This document shows, piece by piece, positions 14,366 through 27,129 of a DNA stretch of 64,000 nucleotides. A program made the translations under genes and the position numbers. Position 1 is the stretch's first letter, and each line of letters begins with the position of its first letter. This DNA is from Podarcis gaigeae (Eukaryota). The stretch lies in the NCBI GenBank assembly GCA_964106915.2, contig OZ066914.1. One strand, given 5' to 3'. The notes under the pieces are model-generated. The model did no database searches. It was not told where the DNA came from and saw only the letters and a program-made list of their open reading frames with translations.

Positions 14366-14841
14366 CAGTGGTACCTCACAAGACGAATGCCTCGTAAGAC
14401 GAAAAACTCGCAAGACGAAAGAGTTTTTCGTTTTTTGAGTTGCTTCGCAAGATGAATTTTCCTATGGGCTTGCTTCGCAAGACGAAAACATCTTGCAAGT
14501 TTGTTTCCTTTCCGGGCGGCCGCGCGGATGGGTCGGCGCTGGCGGGAGCCTCGTCTGTGGGCGCCGCCACCGCTCTCCCTTCCAAATCCTGCGTGCAGCG
14601 CCCGTACAGGATAGCCAGCACCAGCAGCGCCAAGAGCAGCGCGGCTAAGAGCAGCGCCAGCAGCGCGGCGGACTTTTTGCCCACATAGAAGCCCGAGCGC
14701 AACTTGACGGTCATGGTGGCTAGTTGAAAGCGAGGGGGGAGCCTGAGCGACTGAGGAAGAAATTCAGCACAGGATCCGTGCTTCACAAGATGAAAAATTC
14801 ACAAGATAAAAAAATTAATTTCGTCTTGCGAGGTACCACTG
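14366..14841. mobile_element. Tigger/pogo-like (Tc1-mariner) MITE carrying a captured LVRN fragment
   Basis: TIR CAGTGGTACCTC...GAGGTACCACTG, TA TSD at both sides, subterminal CGCAAGACGAA repeats, GC-rich foreign core. Confidence 0.9.
14512..14778 (-). pseudogene. LVRN: Captured 5' fragment of laeverin/aminopeptidase Q exon 1 (ATG at 14714)
   Basis: GCCACCATG, then MTVKLRSGFYVGKKSAALLALLLAALLLALLVLAILYGRC...RPPG. Resembles the recalled LVRN N-terminus (SGFYVSRAVALLLAGLVAALLLALAVLAALYGHC...RPPG). Confidence 0.8.
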
Positions 14842-15754
14842 TATTTAAAGTGCATCTCTGGGTTATTTGTGGGGCATAGGAATTTGTTCTTTCCCCCCCC
14901 AAAAAAATATAGTCTGGCCCACCACATGGTCTGAGGGACGGTGGACCGGCCCACAGCTGAAAAAGGTTGCTGACCCCTGGTATAAAGTAATACATGACAG
15001 GGCAAAAAATATTCACTTGTGGTGAGAGGGCTGCTCCAAGGTTGCTGTAAAAAGGCTTTGCTCCTGCAGAGGACAGCAGAACAGACCCTCCAAGTGTCCC
15101 TGTTTTCCAGGGACAGCCCCAGATTTACAGATGCCACTCCAGTTTCTGATTCAATCCCAGAATGTCCTGCTTTTCTGCAGGACGTCCCTATTTTCATCTG
15201 AGAAATGTTGGAGGGTATGGAGTTATGTGACCTCTGAGCCAAGAAGATAAGCAACTATACAACATTTGGAAGACACCTGAAGGCTGCCTTGTATAGGGGT
15301 CTTTTTAATGTTTAATGTTTTATTATGTTTTTATATATGTTGGAAGCTGCCCAGAGTGGAACAGGGTGTCCCTATTTTCATCTGAGAAATGTTGGAGGGT
15401 ATGGCAGAATGTCTGAGGAACTGTATTCCTTCGATGTGCCCAATCATTACATTGACTTTAAGACATTAAAGAGGGTGATACAGTTGGCATTGATACCTGG
15501 TTTGATGTCAAAGCTGATGACTCTGAGTGCAGAGATGCCTGTTGGCATCCAGTTATTTATGAAGTTCCTTAATTCATTCAACCTAGTTTAGTTAAGGGGT
15601 GTATTAAAATCTTGTGACATTATGGATCATAATAGTTCTCTATAAATATTCTTTCAATTAAGAGCAGAAATGAGCAAACGTTTGAATAGTTTAAAAATAA
15701 TTTTGTACAACGGTTAATGAATAATCTAATATTTAAATCAGGTAACCTAATTTT

Positions 15755-15894
15755 TCCAGTAGCACCTTAGAGACCAACTAAGCTTGTTCTGGGTATAAGC
15801 TTTCGTGTGCAAGCTCAGGTATCTGAAGAAGTGTGCTTGCACACAAAAGCTTATACCAAGAACAAACTTAGTTGGTCTCTAAGGTGCTACTGGA
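15755..15894. mobile_element. Penelope-like element terminal inverted repeat (hairpin)
   Basis: tccagtagcaccttagagaccaactaag ... cttagttggtctctaaggtgctactgga; CTGAAGA/GAAA-type core. Confidence 0.7.
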
Positions 15895-16016
15895 CAATTT
15901 TTATTTTTTAAAAATATGTTTTGACTAATTTTTCATTGTTTTCATTTTGGTTAACCTATCATCACATTTGTCAAATAAAATCTGCTTAGCCTGCTTATTC
16001 TTTGTTGAGAGCATAA

Positions 16017-16380
16017 AGGTAAAGGTACCCCTGCCCGTACGGGCCAGTCTTGCCAGACTCTGGGGTTGTGCGCCCATCTCACTCAAGAGGCCAGGGGCCA
16101 GCGCTGTCCGGAGACACTTCCGGGTCACGTGGCCAGCGTGACATCGCTGCTCTGGCCAGAGCCAGAGCCAGAGCCACACACGGAAACGCCGTTTACCTTC
16201 CCGCTAGTAAGCGGTCCCTATTTATCTACTTGCACCCAGGGGTGCTTTCGAACTGCTAGGTTGGCAGGCGCTGGGACCGAACGACGGGAGCGCACCCCGC
16301 CGCAGGGATTCGAACCGCTGACCTTTCGATCGGCAAGTCCTAGGCGCTGAGGCTTTTACCCACAGCGCCACCTGCGTCCC
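16017..16380 (-). mobile_element. Sauria SINE, full length
   Basis: (ACCTTT)n tail; 13-bp TSD gttgagagcataa. Confidence 0.93.
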
Positions 16381-18899
16381 GTTGAGAGCATAAGAAGGTG
16401 GTTATTAAGCCTGAGCTTCCGATCAAGCTAAGAGCCTAATTTCATCCCAATTTTGGCATCCAATGTATGTGTCTACCCCAGCCCACTTGGCCTTCCCTCA
16501 GGAAAGACTGGGTAAATCAGGAGCTTTGGGTGTCCCTGCCCAAAGGTGTCCAATAGCACATGCTCCCCTCCACACCACCTTTCCCTTCGAGCCCCAACCA
16601 TCTTGCAAAATCAAAAAACACTGTGTGCCTCTCCAGCCCATTGCTGGAGACAGGAGTGGTGGTGAAGTTGCCTCCTAGCGCCTCTGATTTAATGCTCCAT
16701 TTCAAAGATGCAGCATGAGGTCAAGGACAGGACGCTGCCCCTTGGGACAGGAGCATGTTCTGAAGGCCACAAGAGGGGGGCGCAGAAAGGCGGGGAGAGT
16801 AGAAGAGAGAAAGAAAGAAAGTGTAACTATATTTATTTTTGCTCAGGCTCCATCCAACATCAGCTCCAGTCCCTGATTGAATTTATCATTTTCAATTTAC
16901 TAAACTGAGGCTGTGTACACACCTTGTGTTCAAAGCACACAAACTCTCCAGGAATCCCAATGCTGGGAATTTTAGCTCTATAAGAAGTAAACCACAGTTC
17001 TTAGGATTCTGGTGTGTGTGTGTGTGTCTTTGTGCACCTATGCATGCTTTAAAAGCACTTTAAATGTATGATGTGTTTGCAGTCTGAATGCAAAAGATAT
17101 TGGAATGCAAATGAGCGTTCTTGGGGTAATGCATGTTTACAGAAATATAATTTCCTGGTGTTATGCATAAATTTGGACAATCAGCATTACATTTTTGCCA
17201 TGGTTGTGACACAGTCCTGATGCTTTTTAATGTTAACAATGACCTCCCCAAAATCAAAGCACTTCATTACCGGTAATTATTCAAGAGTCGACATGCCTTG
17301 GATATGTTCCATTGAGTAAATGAGCACAGAGCAAAATGGTTTCTTGATCTGCAGCGGATGATCGAATCAATATATTAGGGGCCTCCAGCCTTTTGGTATC
17401 CTGGGGGAATTCACCACTTTGCCCCTCTCTGTGTGTCCTGCTCTTCCTGGGTTCATGGAGACTAAACTACCACAGGTGTGCTGGCAGTACATAGGACACT
17501 CACTACTCACAGAGCCTGGCTGAGCCTGGCAGTGTGGGAAATATACCCTGAAGTACATAGCAATGGTGTGCCTTCACATCATTTACAGGAACCATGTTGT
17601 TCTCATTTTGATTCTGATTTGAAAAGCATTCCTCTTCAGGTGTTCACAATCCAGCAACATTACCATTTGTGTGGGAAGGGATGAGTATGCAAGCTCCACT
17701 CCATGCATTACTAATGCATTAGCCAGCTTCCACTTCCAAAATGGGACTCTGGTGTTGTAACCCTAGAATTCCACAATGCACAGGAGAACCTTGGCCAAGA
17801 GAGAGAGAAAAGGCTTCTCACTTTCCACAACTGCAGTTACTATTAACTCTAAAATTCAATTAATGCATATTGTCAACTCTAATATTAGGTCTAAGGTTCT
17901 TGATGCTATCAACAACAAACACTACTAATATGAACTTTTATTTACATGCATATTAAAGGAGCAAGTAGGAAACAGCTCTTAAACTGTAGATGGGCCAATC
18001 ACTGAATGCATGTAGTAACTTTGTTCCTTGTCATATGCAATTCTCTTAGTGAAGAAAGATCTGTTGACATACGAGGAACAAAGTTCCTTGTTTATTTTGT
18101 CATCTAGTCCAACCCCCTAAACTAAAGCATCCATAATAGACGGCCTTCCAACCTCTGCCTAAAATCCTCCAAGGAAGGAGAGTCCGCAACCTCCCGAGGG
18201 AGATCGTCATGATGAGAAAGAAGATACTACAGTTCAACACCAGGATAGACTGTGACTGAATGTTAACCTTCTATCTCTGATCTCTTATACCATTTCTTCT
18301 CCTGAGGCCCTTGAATAATTCATAGTAAACTACAATAGGCACAAGCAGCGTGTTTCCTTCTTGCAAAATTGTTGCGCTGAAGTTGGCCAGAAAGATGAGT
18401 AGAAAGATTAACAGAGAAGCATTTTTCAAGTTGATAGTTAAACAGTGGAAACATGGTTCCCACTTGCATTGTCCATACACAAACCTATGCACCATTTTCC
18501 ATGACCCCTCCACTTTCACAGGTGAAGTGGGTGGTGAGCAAAGGTAGAGTATTTTTGGTGGGGGCACCCAGCTTTGTAATGCCCTCAACAAGAGTGTTCA
18601 CCCAGTGCAACTCTGAAATCTTTGCAGCACCAGGTGAAGTGTTTTTTCATTTGCCTGAGTCTTTAGATTTGCGGATTTACTGTATTCTGTGTGTTGGTTT
18701 TGTGTTGATTTTATTGCTACATGATGACGTTATGATTTGACTGCATTTTCTCTCAGATCCTTGAGACTGACGAATGTCCTGTTAAATTATATGAATGAAA
18801 TTCACTTCCTCAACCCTTCCTCTGGATATTTTTTAATTACTACAACACCATCAACCCAGGCCAACATGGGCTGTGCTCAGGAATGATGGAAATTATAGT

Positions 18900-20140
18900 C
18901 CTAGTTGCTACATGTGTGCTAGATCCTTGTCTTTCCTGGCTCACTAAATAGACCAGTGGGAGACTAGCCAAGTGCTTCCTGAGTGCTGAGTTCCAGCCTT
19001 AAGGAGACAGTTGTAATACCTTTATTGAAAAAGCTTTTCCTGAATTGTGCCATATTGTATAATTATGTGCCAGCTTCCAAAATTCCATTTCTGGGCAAGG
19101 TAAAGGAGCATGAGGTGGCATCTCAGCTCCAGGAGATCGTTGGTTTCCAATCAGCTAAGTACTGCACCCCCCCCCCCAATTTTTCGAAAGCCATGGACCC
19201 TCTACTTTGAAAATTTTGATATCTTTATGGTAGTTTTTGTTTTGTGAATGGTGCTACAGACCCCCTGGGTGGGTTATGTGAACCCCTTGGGGTCCATGGA
19301 CCACCAGTTGGGAACCACTGATCTAGATCCATTTCCATTCATTTTCAGACCCGGTTATTGAACAGAGATGGCTTTGGTCACCTTTGTGGATGACCTAGCC
19401 AGGAATTGGACAGAGTGAGTCAGTTCCTGTTGGTTCTGTTGGACCTCTCAGCAGCCTTTGATTACCATTGGCCATGGTATCCTTCTGGTCCACCTTGCTG
19501 GGATAGGACTTGGAGGAACTGTTTCAAAGTGGCTCTGTCTCCTTCTGGAGGAGCGAACCCAGAAGGTGGTGCTAGGGGACTCCTGTTCAACACCTTGGCC
19601 ATTGGCCTGTGGGGTCCCTCGGTCTGTTGTTTTGTCCCACGTACTAGTTAATGTTTACACGAAACCACTGGGGAAAGTCATTGGGAGTTTGGGGGTTCAG
19701 TGTCACCAGTATGCTGATAACATCCAGCTTTATTTATCCTTTTCATCTAAATCTAAAGAAGCTGTCTTGGTTCCAAACTGGTGTCTGTAATCAATAATGG
19801 ACTGGATAACAGCAAACTAATTGAAATTTAATCCATACGAGTTAGTCAGAAGCCAAATTAGGAAATAGGAATACAGCCTGTGGTGGATGGGCTAATACTC
19901 CCCATGAAGAAATAGGTTCATAGTTTGGATGTGCTTGATTCAGCTCTGAGTCTGGATGCCCAGGTTTCTGCAATCGCCAGGAATGCATTGCACAGTTATA
20001 ACTAGGGCAGAAGTGCTACCCATTCCTGGAAATATCTGATCTAGGCACAGTGGCACACACCTTAGGTACATCTTCTTGAGATTATTGTAACACGCTGTAT
20101 GTGGGAAAGACTTTTTTATTCCAGCAAGCTTTTCGCAACG
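18900..20140 (+). mobile_element. L2 LINE RT fragment, interrupted by a hAT MITE remnant (~19138-19320)
   Basis: VIPLLKK, PFLGKV, LVLLDLSAAFD, CGVP, HQYADNIQLY. Confidence 0.85.
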
Positions 20141-20187
20141 GACTTGTTTAAGGATAGGACTTTTAAATAGTGCTGTATTCTTTTCCT

Positions 20188-20544
20188 GGGACGCGGGTGG
20201 CGCTGTGGGTAAAACCTCAGCGCCTAGGACTTGACGATCGCATGGTCGGCGGTTCGAATCCCCGCGGCGGGGTACACTCCCGTCGTTCGGTCCCAGCGCC
20301 TGCCAACCTAGCAGTTCGAAAGCACCTCCGGGTGCAAGTAGATAAATAGGGACCGCTTACCAGCGGGAAGGTAAACGGTGTTCCATGTGCTGCGCTGGCT
20401 CACCAGATGCAGCTTGTCACGCTGGCCACGTGACCCGGAAGTGTCTGCGGACAGCGCTGGCTGCCAGCCTATAGAGTGAGATGAGTGCACAACCCTAGAG
20501 TCTGACAAGACTGGCCCGAACGGGCAGGGGTACCTTTACCTTTT
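20188..20544 (+). mobile_element. Sauria SINE, full length
   Basis: GGGACGCGGGTGGCGCTG head, B-box GGTTCGAATCC, tail ACCTTTACCTTT, TSD tattcttttcct. Confidence 0.93.
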
Positions 20545-20573
20545 TATTCTTTTCCTATCTGCATTTTAATATA

Positions 20574-20821
20574 CAGAGGTACCTCGGTTTTCGAATGTAA
20601 TCTGTTCCGGAAGACCGTACAACTTCTGAAATGTTCAAAAAACGAGGTGCAAAGGGCCGCCTGCAATTTCCATTGAGAAAATGGGGGGGGGGGGTGGAAT
20701 CAGCAGAAGCCATTCAACTTCCGAAAAGCATTCGAGAATGGAAGCAATTACTTCCAGGTTTTCGGCGTTCGAAAACTGAAACATTCGGCTTCCAAGATGC
20801 TTGAAAACCGAAGTAGCACTA
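20574..20821. mobile_element. Degenerate Tigger-like MITE (TTCGAA-motif family)
   Basis: CAGAGGTACCTC start, degenerate right TIR. Confidence 0.6.
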
Positions 20822-21339
20822 TATCTGTTTTTTAATATATTGTTATTTTGTTTAACTTCTATTCTCATTTAATTACTTTTTAAAACTATTATCTTCTATA
20901 TGTTTCTAGCCTTCTGATGTTATCTGTGTTGTTTTAATTTATGTACGTCGTCTTGAGTCCTGGTCTGGGAAAAAGGTGGGATATAAGTAAATAAATAAAT
21001 ATAGCAACAAAAATTCTGTTGGCCACAGCAAGCCACTCTTTCTCCATTCCTGAACTATAGGCCAGTTACAAATATCCCCTTCCTGGGCAACATCCCCTTC
21101 CTGGCCCATGATGCGGGGTGAGGCAGTCGCCTCAGGCTGTTGCCCCCTGGTGGTGGATCTGCCTGCTGCCACAAACCCACCATGACACACATGCCCACCC
21201 ACCCACTGCCACTGCCTCTCTGGTGGGGCATAGCATTTTCATTTTGGCCCAGGACAGCAAAACGTCCTGGACCAGCCTTGCAGGGCAACATGTTAGACAG
21301 GATAGTTCTTAGCTGTCGGATGACACTGCTTTTCTAGAT

Positions 21340-22650
21340 AAATTTCTTTCTTTAGATTCAGATTTGGAACAGAAACTACTTTCGTTGCCATGTTTTGCCA
21401 ACAGAGATGGCAGGTAATGTGTCCCTTTCGTTCTTTGACATCTTAGTAGCGTTTATCACTGTGGCATCCACCTGGAGACACTGTCTGAGTTGGGGGTTGG
21501 AAATATTGCATGGCAGTGCTTCTGCTGTTACCTAACTGATTCCAGTTAGCCTAGGGCTTGCCGATCAAAAGGCCGCTGGTTCGAATCCCCACGACGAGGT
21601 GAGCTCCCGTTGCTGCTCCTGCCAACCTAGCAGTTCGAAAGCATGTCAAAGTGCAAGTAGATAAATAGGTACTGCTCCGGTGGGAAGGTAAACGGTGTTT
21701 CTGTGCACTGCTCTGGTTCGCCAGAAGCAGCTTAGTCATGCTGGCCACATGACTCGGAAGCTGTACGCCGGCTCCCTCGGATGATGCTCCCTCAGATGAG
21801 CACCACAACCCCAGTCGTCTGCGACTGGACCTAACGGTCAGGGGTCCCTTTCCCTTTAACTGATTCCAGAATGTGTATCTGGAGGCAGTGGCAGACTTTA
21901 GGCTCTCTAATTTCAACAGTACTCTATGTGATGCTAAAATTCAGTGTATGCCCCTGCCTCTTGAATTCTGTTCTATAGCACTGTTGTGACACCCCCTGCA
22001 GCCCAGTATCCAGTGTGGCCAAACCAGTCAGCTGGAGAATTATCCTTCTACCCCATGGAGATTACAGTGTGGGATTTCAGTGAGCTCTGTTTTGTCCCTC
22101 CCCCATCTATTTCATAGTTACTTGAAATCACTGGGAGAGGCCCTCTGGGTGTGTGCAGATGATATCCAGTTTAGTATCATGATCAGGTGAGGCATTCTGA
22201 ACCAGTGCCAGGACTTGGCAATAGACTGGATGAGGGCCAATAAAGTAAGACAGAAGTATTGCTGGTTGGAAGCTTGTCTACCCAGTTAGGTGTTCAGCCT
22301 GCTTTGAATGGGGGCTCTCTCTCTTAAAGGAGTAGGCTTGTAGCTTGGGGGTACACTTAAATCTAGTATTGTTGCTTGAGGATCAGGTGGCTCAGAGCAC
22401 CTTTTATCACATTAGCTATAATTTCCCATTTGCATTGTATGTGGAGCTGCCTTTGAAACTGATCCTGAACAGAGGGGATATGCTGATGGCAGGGTTTAAT
22501 ATATACAATCATACCATACCAGCACTTTGCCATTTGCACTGGCTCCCTGATTGTTTACAATTCAAATTCAATGTGTTGGTTTTTTTTAAAAAAAATGTAA
22601 TGTCCTAAATAGCTTTGAGCCAGGCTACTTGAAGGATTGCCTTCTCACAT
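21340..22650 (+). mobile_element. Degenerate L2 LINE fragment split by SINE and other inserts
   Basis: ADDIQF, W(M)RANK, LHWLP remnants. Confidence 0.55.
21546..21856 (+). mobile_element. Sauria SINE, 5' truncated
   Basis: TSD taactgattccag. Confidence 0.88.
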
Positions 22651-22707
22651 GCAGACATTTGTTCTCCAGACTGTAACTGTGTAGGACTTGAACATTGTTT
22701 CTATATA

Positions 22708-22948
22708 CAGTGGTACCTCGGTTTAAGAACAGTCTGGTTTAAGAATGATTTGGTTTACAAACTCCGCAAAACCAGAAATAGTGTCCCAGTTTGAGAACTT
22801 TACCTCGGTCTAAGAATGGAAACCGAATGGTGGAAGGGCACTGGCTGCGGGAGGCCTCATTAGGGAAAGACCACCTCAGTTTAAGAACAGTTTTGGTTTT
22901 AGAACAGACTTCCAGAACAGATTAAGTTCGTAAACCAAGGTACCACTG
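22708..22948. mobile_element. Tigger/pogo-like MITE (GGTTTAAGAAC family)
   Basis: TIRs, TA TSD. Confidence 0.85.
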
Positions 22949-23315
22949 TATGTTTCTGTTGATTTTTAAAAATTGTTAAATAACTTCAGGATGCTTTACA
23001 CAAAGCAATGTAAAAACCAAACAAACCTTTCCCCAGAGTCCCTTCTTCAGCAGCTCCCAAGGCAAGCAGTGATCAGGGATAGGACCTTCCTGGTGGTTCC
23101 ACCCCACTGGTAGAATGCCCTCTCCAGAGACGCTTGCCTGGTGCCCACCCTGTTATCTTTTAGGTGAAGACTTTTTGTTCTACTGGGCTCTTTTAATTCT
23201 CTTTTAATTACATCTATTCTCCTTGCTGCTTTCAAAGTGTTTCTAGTTTCTGTGTTTGTGCTGCTTGAAGCTGTTTTGATTTGTTTATATTTAATTGGGT
23301 TTCATGCATTTTCAT

Positions 23316-23489
23316 CAGGGCTGACCTACCTATGAGGCATGGTGAGGAAACCTCCTCAGGCAGCAGAATCCACAGGGACAGCAGATCCTGATGTAGATCT
23401 AGGTCTTCACTCGCCCTTGCTTCCCTGTCAAGGCGAGGTGACATTATTGTGATTCACCTCAGGTGGCAAAGTTTCCTGGGCTAGCCCTG
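23316..23489. mobile_element. hAT MITE
   Basis: CAGGGCT...AGCCCTG; TSD attttcat/atttccat. Confidence 0.7.
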
Positions 23490-24690
23490 ATTTCCATCCT
23501 TTAAATGTTGTGTTGTTAATAGTCTGTAAGCCATCCACAGAACCTGGCTATATGGTGGATACAAGTGGATTTTCACTCACACAATGGGACTTCCCCTTCT
23601 CCTCTCCCAACTCTCTGCGGAAGATTTTCAAGGCACACAAGGGGACGCAGCTGGAGAGGGAGGGGTAGTTCTGTTGCACATACGGAAGTCCACTGTGCAA
23701 ATGGAACTGCAGCACTGGCTACAATCCATCAGGTTTATAGAAAAGAAGGAAAAATAAAATTGGAAGTGGTGAATGGGAAAGCGGAATCTTTTCATGAATG
23801 CATTTACATGGCCCTCTCTTTCAAAGGGCTACAACTGGAGCAATTTTCAATTCAAAGAGAGCTGATGATATCCAACTATCTCTTACTCAGATTATACCCA
23901 TTCACTTCAGTGGGTCTACTCTGACTATGAGTAGCATTGGCTATCATCCAACATGTATTTATTAGAGAAACACAAGCAGGTACAGAATGTCACTTTTGCA
24001 CTCCAAACAGCTAGGCTCTTCAAGCACCACAATCAGTGCTTCCCTCCTCCTGTTTCTACAAATTATGCTAAACACCCCAAAATTTGAACACATTTTAACA
24101 GGCTTAAGTTGGTGGACCACTTAAGCTTAAGTTGGTGGACAAAATGCATTTGGCATTTCTCTTTGTTATACATTCTAGGACAAGTCGTTTAAACCCATTA
24201 AACTCACTTGCAAGAGTATGCCCACCCAGGCAGAGGTCCGCAAGCTGCTGTTGCTGGTGGTCTAAGGGAACAGTGTAGAAATTATTTGGAGGGTTTCTTG
24301 CTGCTCACTCTTGCGGCACTCATACTTTTGTCCCCAAAGCTGCACTGTTGACAGTTAAACTTCATCGCAAGGAACTTAGGCTAGATTTTTAAATTTAAAA
24401 AATCTGTAACTGCTCTCACTCAGAACAGCACACACATGAAAACTAATGTGTGTATATTTGCAGGGAAATGTCGTCGTAAATTTTTGGCACTGTCAAACGA
24501 GATAAATCTTAACTGCATCTCATTAACTAAATGTTTTTTAATTACCTGCATAATAGTAAGTCTTTGAAAATTCAGGTATTTATTTTCAAAAGGGTGTTTC
24601 TTTTCTTACAACAGCTGCAGCTAACAGAGGAAATTATTATACAATAGCTATAGGGTGGCATTTGATGTCATGGAAAAATGATAACACATA

Positions 24691-24903
24691 CAGTGATACC
24701 TTGGGTTACATACGCTTCCGCTAACCCAGAAATATTACCTGGGGTTAAGAACTTTGCTTCAGGACGAGAACAGAAATCATGCAGCGGCAGCGCAGCTGCA
24801 GCAGGAGGCCCCATTAGCTAAAGTGGTGCTTCAGGTTAAGAACAGTTTCAGGTTAAGAACAGACCTCTGGAACGAATTAAGTTCTTAACCCGAGGTACCA
24901 CTG
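24691..24903. mobile_element. Tigger/pogo-like MITE
   Basis: Homologous to 568-809; TA TSD. Confidence 0.85.
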
Positions 24904-25647
24904 TATTATATAAGAGAGGTAAATGCTTTATCTGACCGGAGGTACAGGGAAGTTTGTTTGTTTTTCATAGGGTGCAAATTAAAAAAAGCAAAATATTTTT
25001 GAAAGGTGGTGATAATGATGATTAATTACATTTTCTTTTAAACCTTGAACCCAAACCGATATTACAAGTGAAATCCAATGTCCTTCTCCTCCTTGTACCC
25101 CAGCACATCCAAACCTGCTCCAGAGGCTCTAGAAATTTAGATTTCTATCCAGACTAGACATTTAGGGGGCACAACATGTTTAATTAATGATAACATAAGG
25201 ATAATATGGCAGATGATCTAGATGAAAAGGGACAGGCAACATCAATACTGAAATGAATTTATCCAATGTTTTTATTAGCAATTTAGACAACAGAAACAGA
25301 TGCTGGTAACAAGTTAGGAGGCATCACTAATATAGACAGTGGCATAAAAGATGCTGGACCAGAGGCCAGAAGTAAGCCTTGCTTGGAGTGCAGATGAAGG
25401 GGAGAAACATCTTACAAATTTGTATTGGGGCTAAATAAATTATGCTTGGGCACTAATTGGAGACTGAAATTTAAAAGTGTGCAGTGTTTGCATCATTTTT
25501 CTTCGAGACCAATAGTAGACAGGTGGTCTCTCTGTCAGAGGCTAAGTAGAGAGAGGCAAGCAATGAGCTCTTATTCTATCACAGCTACACATAAAAATTG
25601 GCACAGGAAGTACATTGGTCTCAATAGCTCTACACTGAGTGTAACTT

Positions 25648-25967
25648 GGGCCACATCTGCGCTATATATTTAAAGCAGTATTTTACCACTTTAAAGAGTC
25701 ATGACTTCCCTTAAAGAATCCTGGAGCACAAAGTTTGTTATGGGTGCTGATAGCAGTTAGGAAACTTCTATTCTCCTCATAGAGCTACAGTTTTTAGAGT
25801 GGTTTAAAAATCAAATCCTCTAAGCCTCTTTCTATGGAACTCTGCGAATTGACTCCTAACTACTTTCAGCACCCTTAAGAAACTACAGTTCCCAGGACTC
25901 TTTGGGAGAAGCCATGATTCTTTAAAGTGGCATGGTACTGCTTTAAATATAGATTGCAAATTGGGCT
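25648..25967. mobile_element. Long-TIR palindromic MITE (possibly Harbinger-like)
   Basis: About 75-bp imperfect inverted termini (tttaaagcagta...ccactttaaaga / tctttaaagtgg...tactgctttaaa). Confidence 0.6.
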
Positions 25968-26218
25968 TAACATTGGATATCACCAGTGCTTTTTCTGGGG
26001 GTACTCAAGGGTACTGGCAGCTTTATCCCCCCCCCATGTTAAAAGTGTGGCACTTACTGTGACAACTTCATTATGAGTATTGGCACCTTTTTTTCTTTCA
26101 GAAAATCCCTGGATAACACGCAGTGTATTTGTAGCACATATAAGTGAAGTATTGTTGTGAAATGCAAGAAAATATTAATAATGCTGAGGTCAGCTTAAAC
26201 AAACAAATGAAAGAGATA

Positions 26219-26460
26219 CAGTGTTACCTCAGGTTAAGTACTTAATTCGTTCTGGAGGTCTGTACTTAACCTGAAACTGTTCTTAACCTGAAGCACCACT
26301 TTAGCTAATGGGGCCTCCTGTTGCTTAGGCACCGCCAGAGCCCAATTTCTGTTCTCATCCTGAAGCAAAGTTCTTAACTTGGAGCACTATTTCTGGGTTA
26401 GCGGAGTCTGTAACCTGAAGCGTATGTAACCTGAAGCATATGTAACCTGAGGTACCACTG
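26219..26460. mobile_element. Tigger/pogo-like MITE (opposite orientation)
   Basis: Reverse complement of 568-809; TA TSD. Confidence 0.85.
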
Positions 26461-26797
26461 TAATGCAAAAATATGATTCTGCTACAAAAGAAGGTTAGGC
26501 TTATTTAATAATTTCGCAACCAAGCTTTTAGTGTCAGTTTTTATTGTGATAATGTTGGCATACTGAAATATTTATTTTATTTTATACCTTCCATTAACAA
26601 AAAGACAGTGAAAATAAAAAGGTCTTTGACTAGCACCAAAAAGGCAACAACACAGGTGGCATGTGAGCTGTCTGTGGAGTGTATTCTGCAACTGAGCACC
26701 ACCACTGAAAAGTCTCTTTCCTTAGCAGCCACCCAGAGCCCACATCACCTCACACCATTTTGTAGCAATACTTGAAGAAGGAGCTGCTCATCTAGAC

Positions 26798-27092
26798 CGT
26801 GGGTAGGCAAACTAAGGCCCCCCGGGGGCCAGATCCGGGCCCAATCACCTTCTAAATCCAGCCCGCGGATTATCCGGGAATCATAATAATAAGATAATAA
26901 TAATTTATTATTTATACCCCGCCCATCTGGCTGGGTTTCCCCAGCCACTCTGGGCGGCTTCCAATAGAACACTAAAATACAATAACCTATTAAACATTAA
27001 TCATCAGTGTGTTTTTACATGAGTAGAATGTGTGCCACAAGGTCTGAGGGACAGTGGACCAGCTCCCTGCTGAAAAAGTTTGCTGACCCCTG
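26798..27092 (+). mobile_element. hAT MITE (family of 14186-14979) with an inserted short retroposon tail (~26884-26998)
   Basis: Perfect 8-bp TSD atctagac; shared internal sequence; insert flanked by aatcat. Confidence 0.8.
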
Positions 27093-27129
27093 ATCTAGAC
27101 AAACACCTCCCAAAATAATGCACTAGAAA

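Larger units (their letters stand above)
14186..14979 (+). mobile_element. Non-autonomous hAT element, host of a nested MITE
   Basis: Ends (T)AGGGGTAGGCAACC ... GGTTGCTGACCCCTG; 8-bp TSD gtgtaaag/gtataaag; same family as 26798-27092. Confidence 0.8.

Noticed and set aside
14378-14500. Spaced CGCAAGACGAA direct repeats resembling a CRISPR-like array
   Set aside because: Eukaryotic DNA; short, irregularly spaced subterminal repeats of a MITE.
20188-20280. tRNA-like A/B boxes (GGTTCGAATCC)
   Set aside because: These are the tRNA-derived heads of Sauria SINEs, not tRNA genes.
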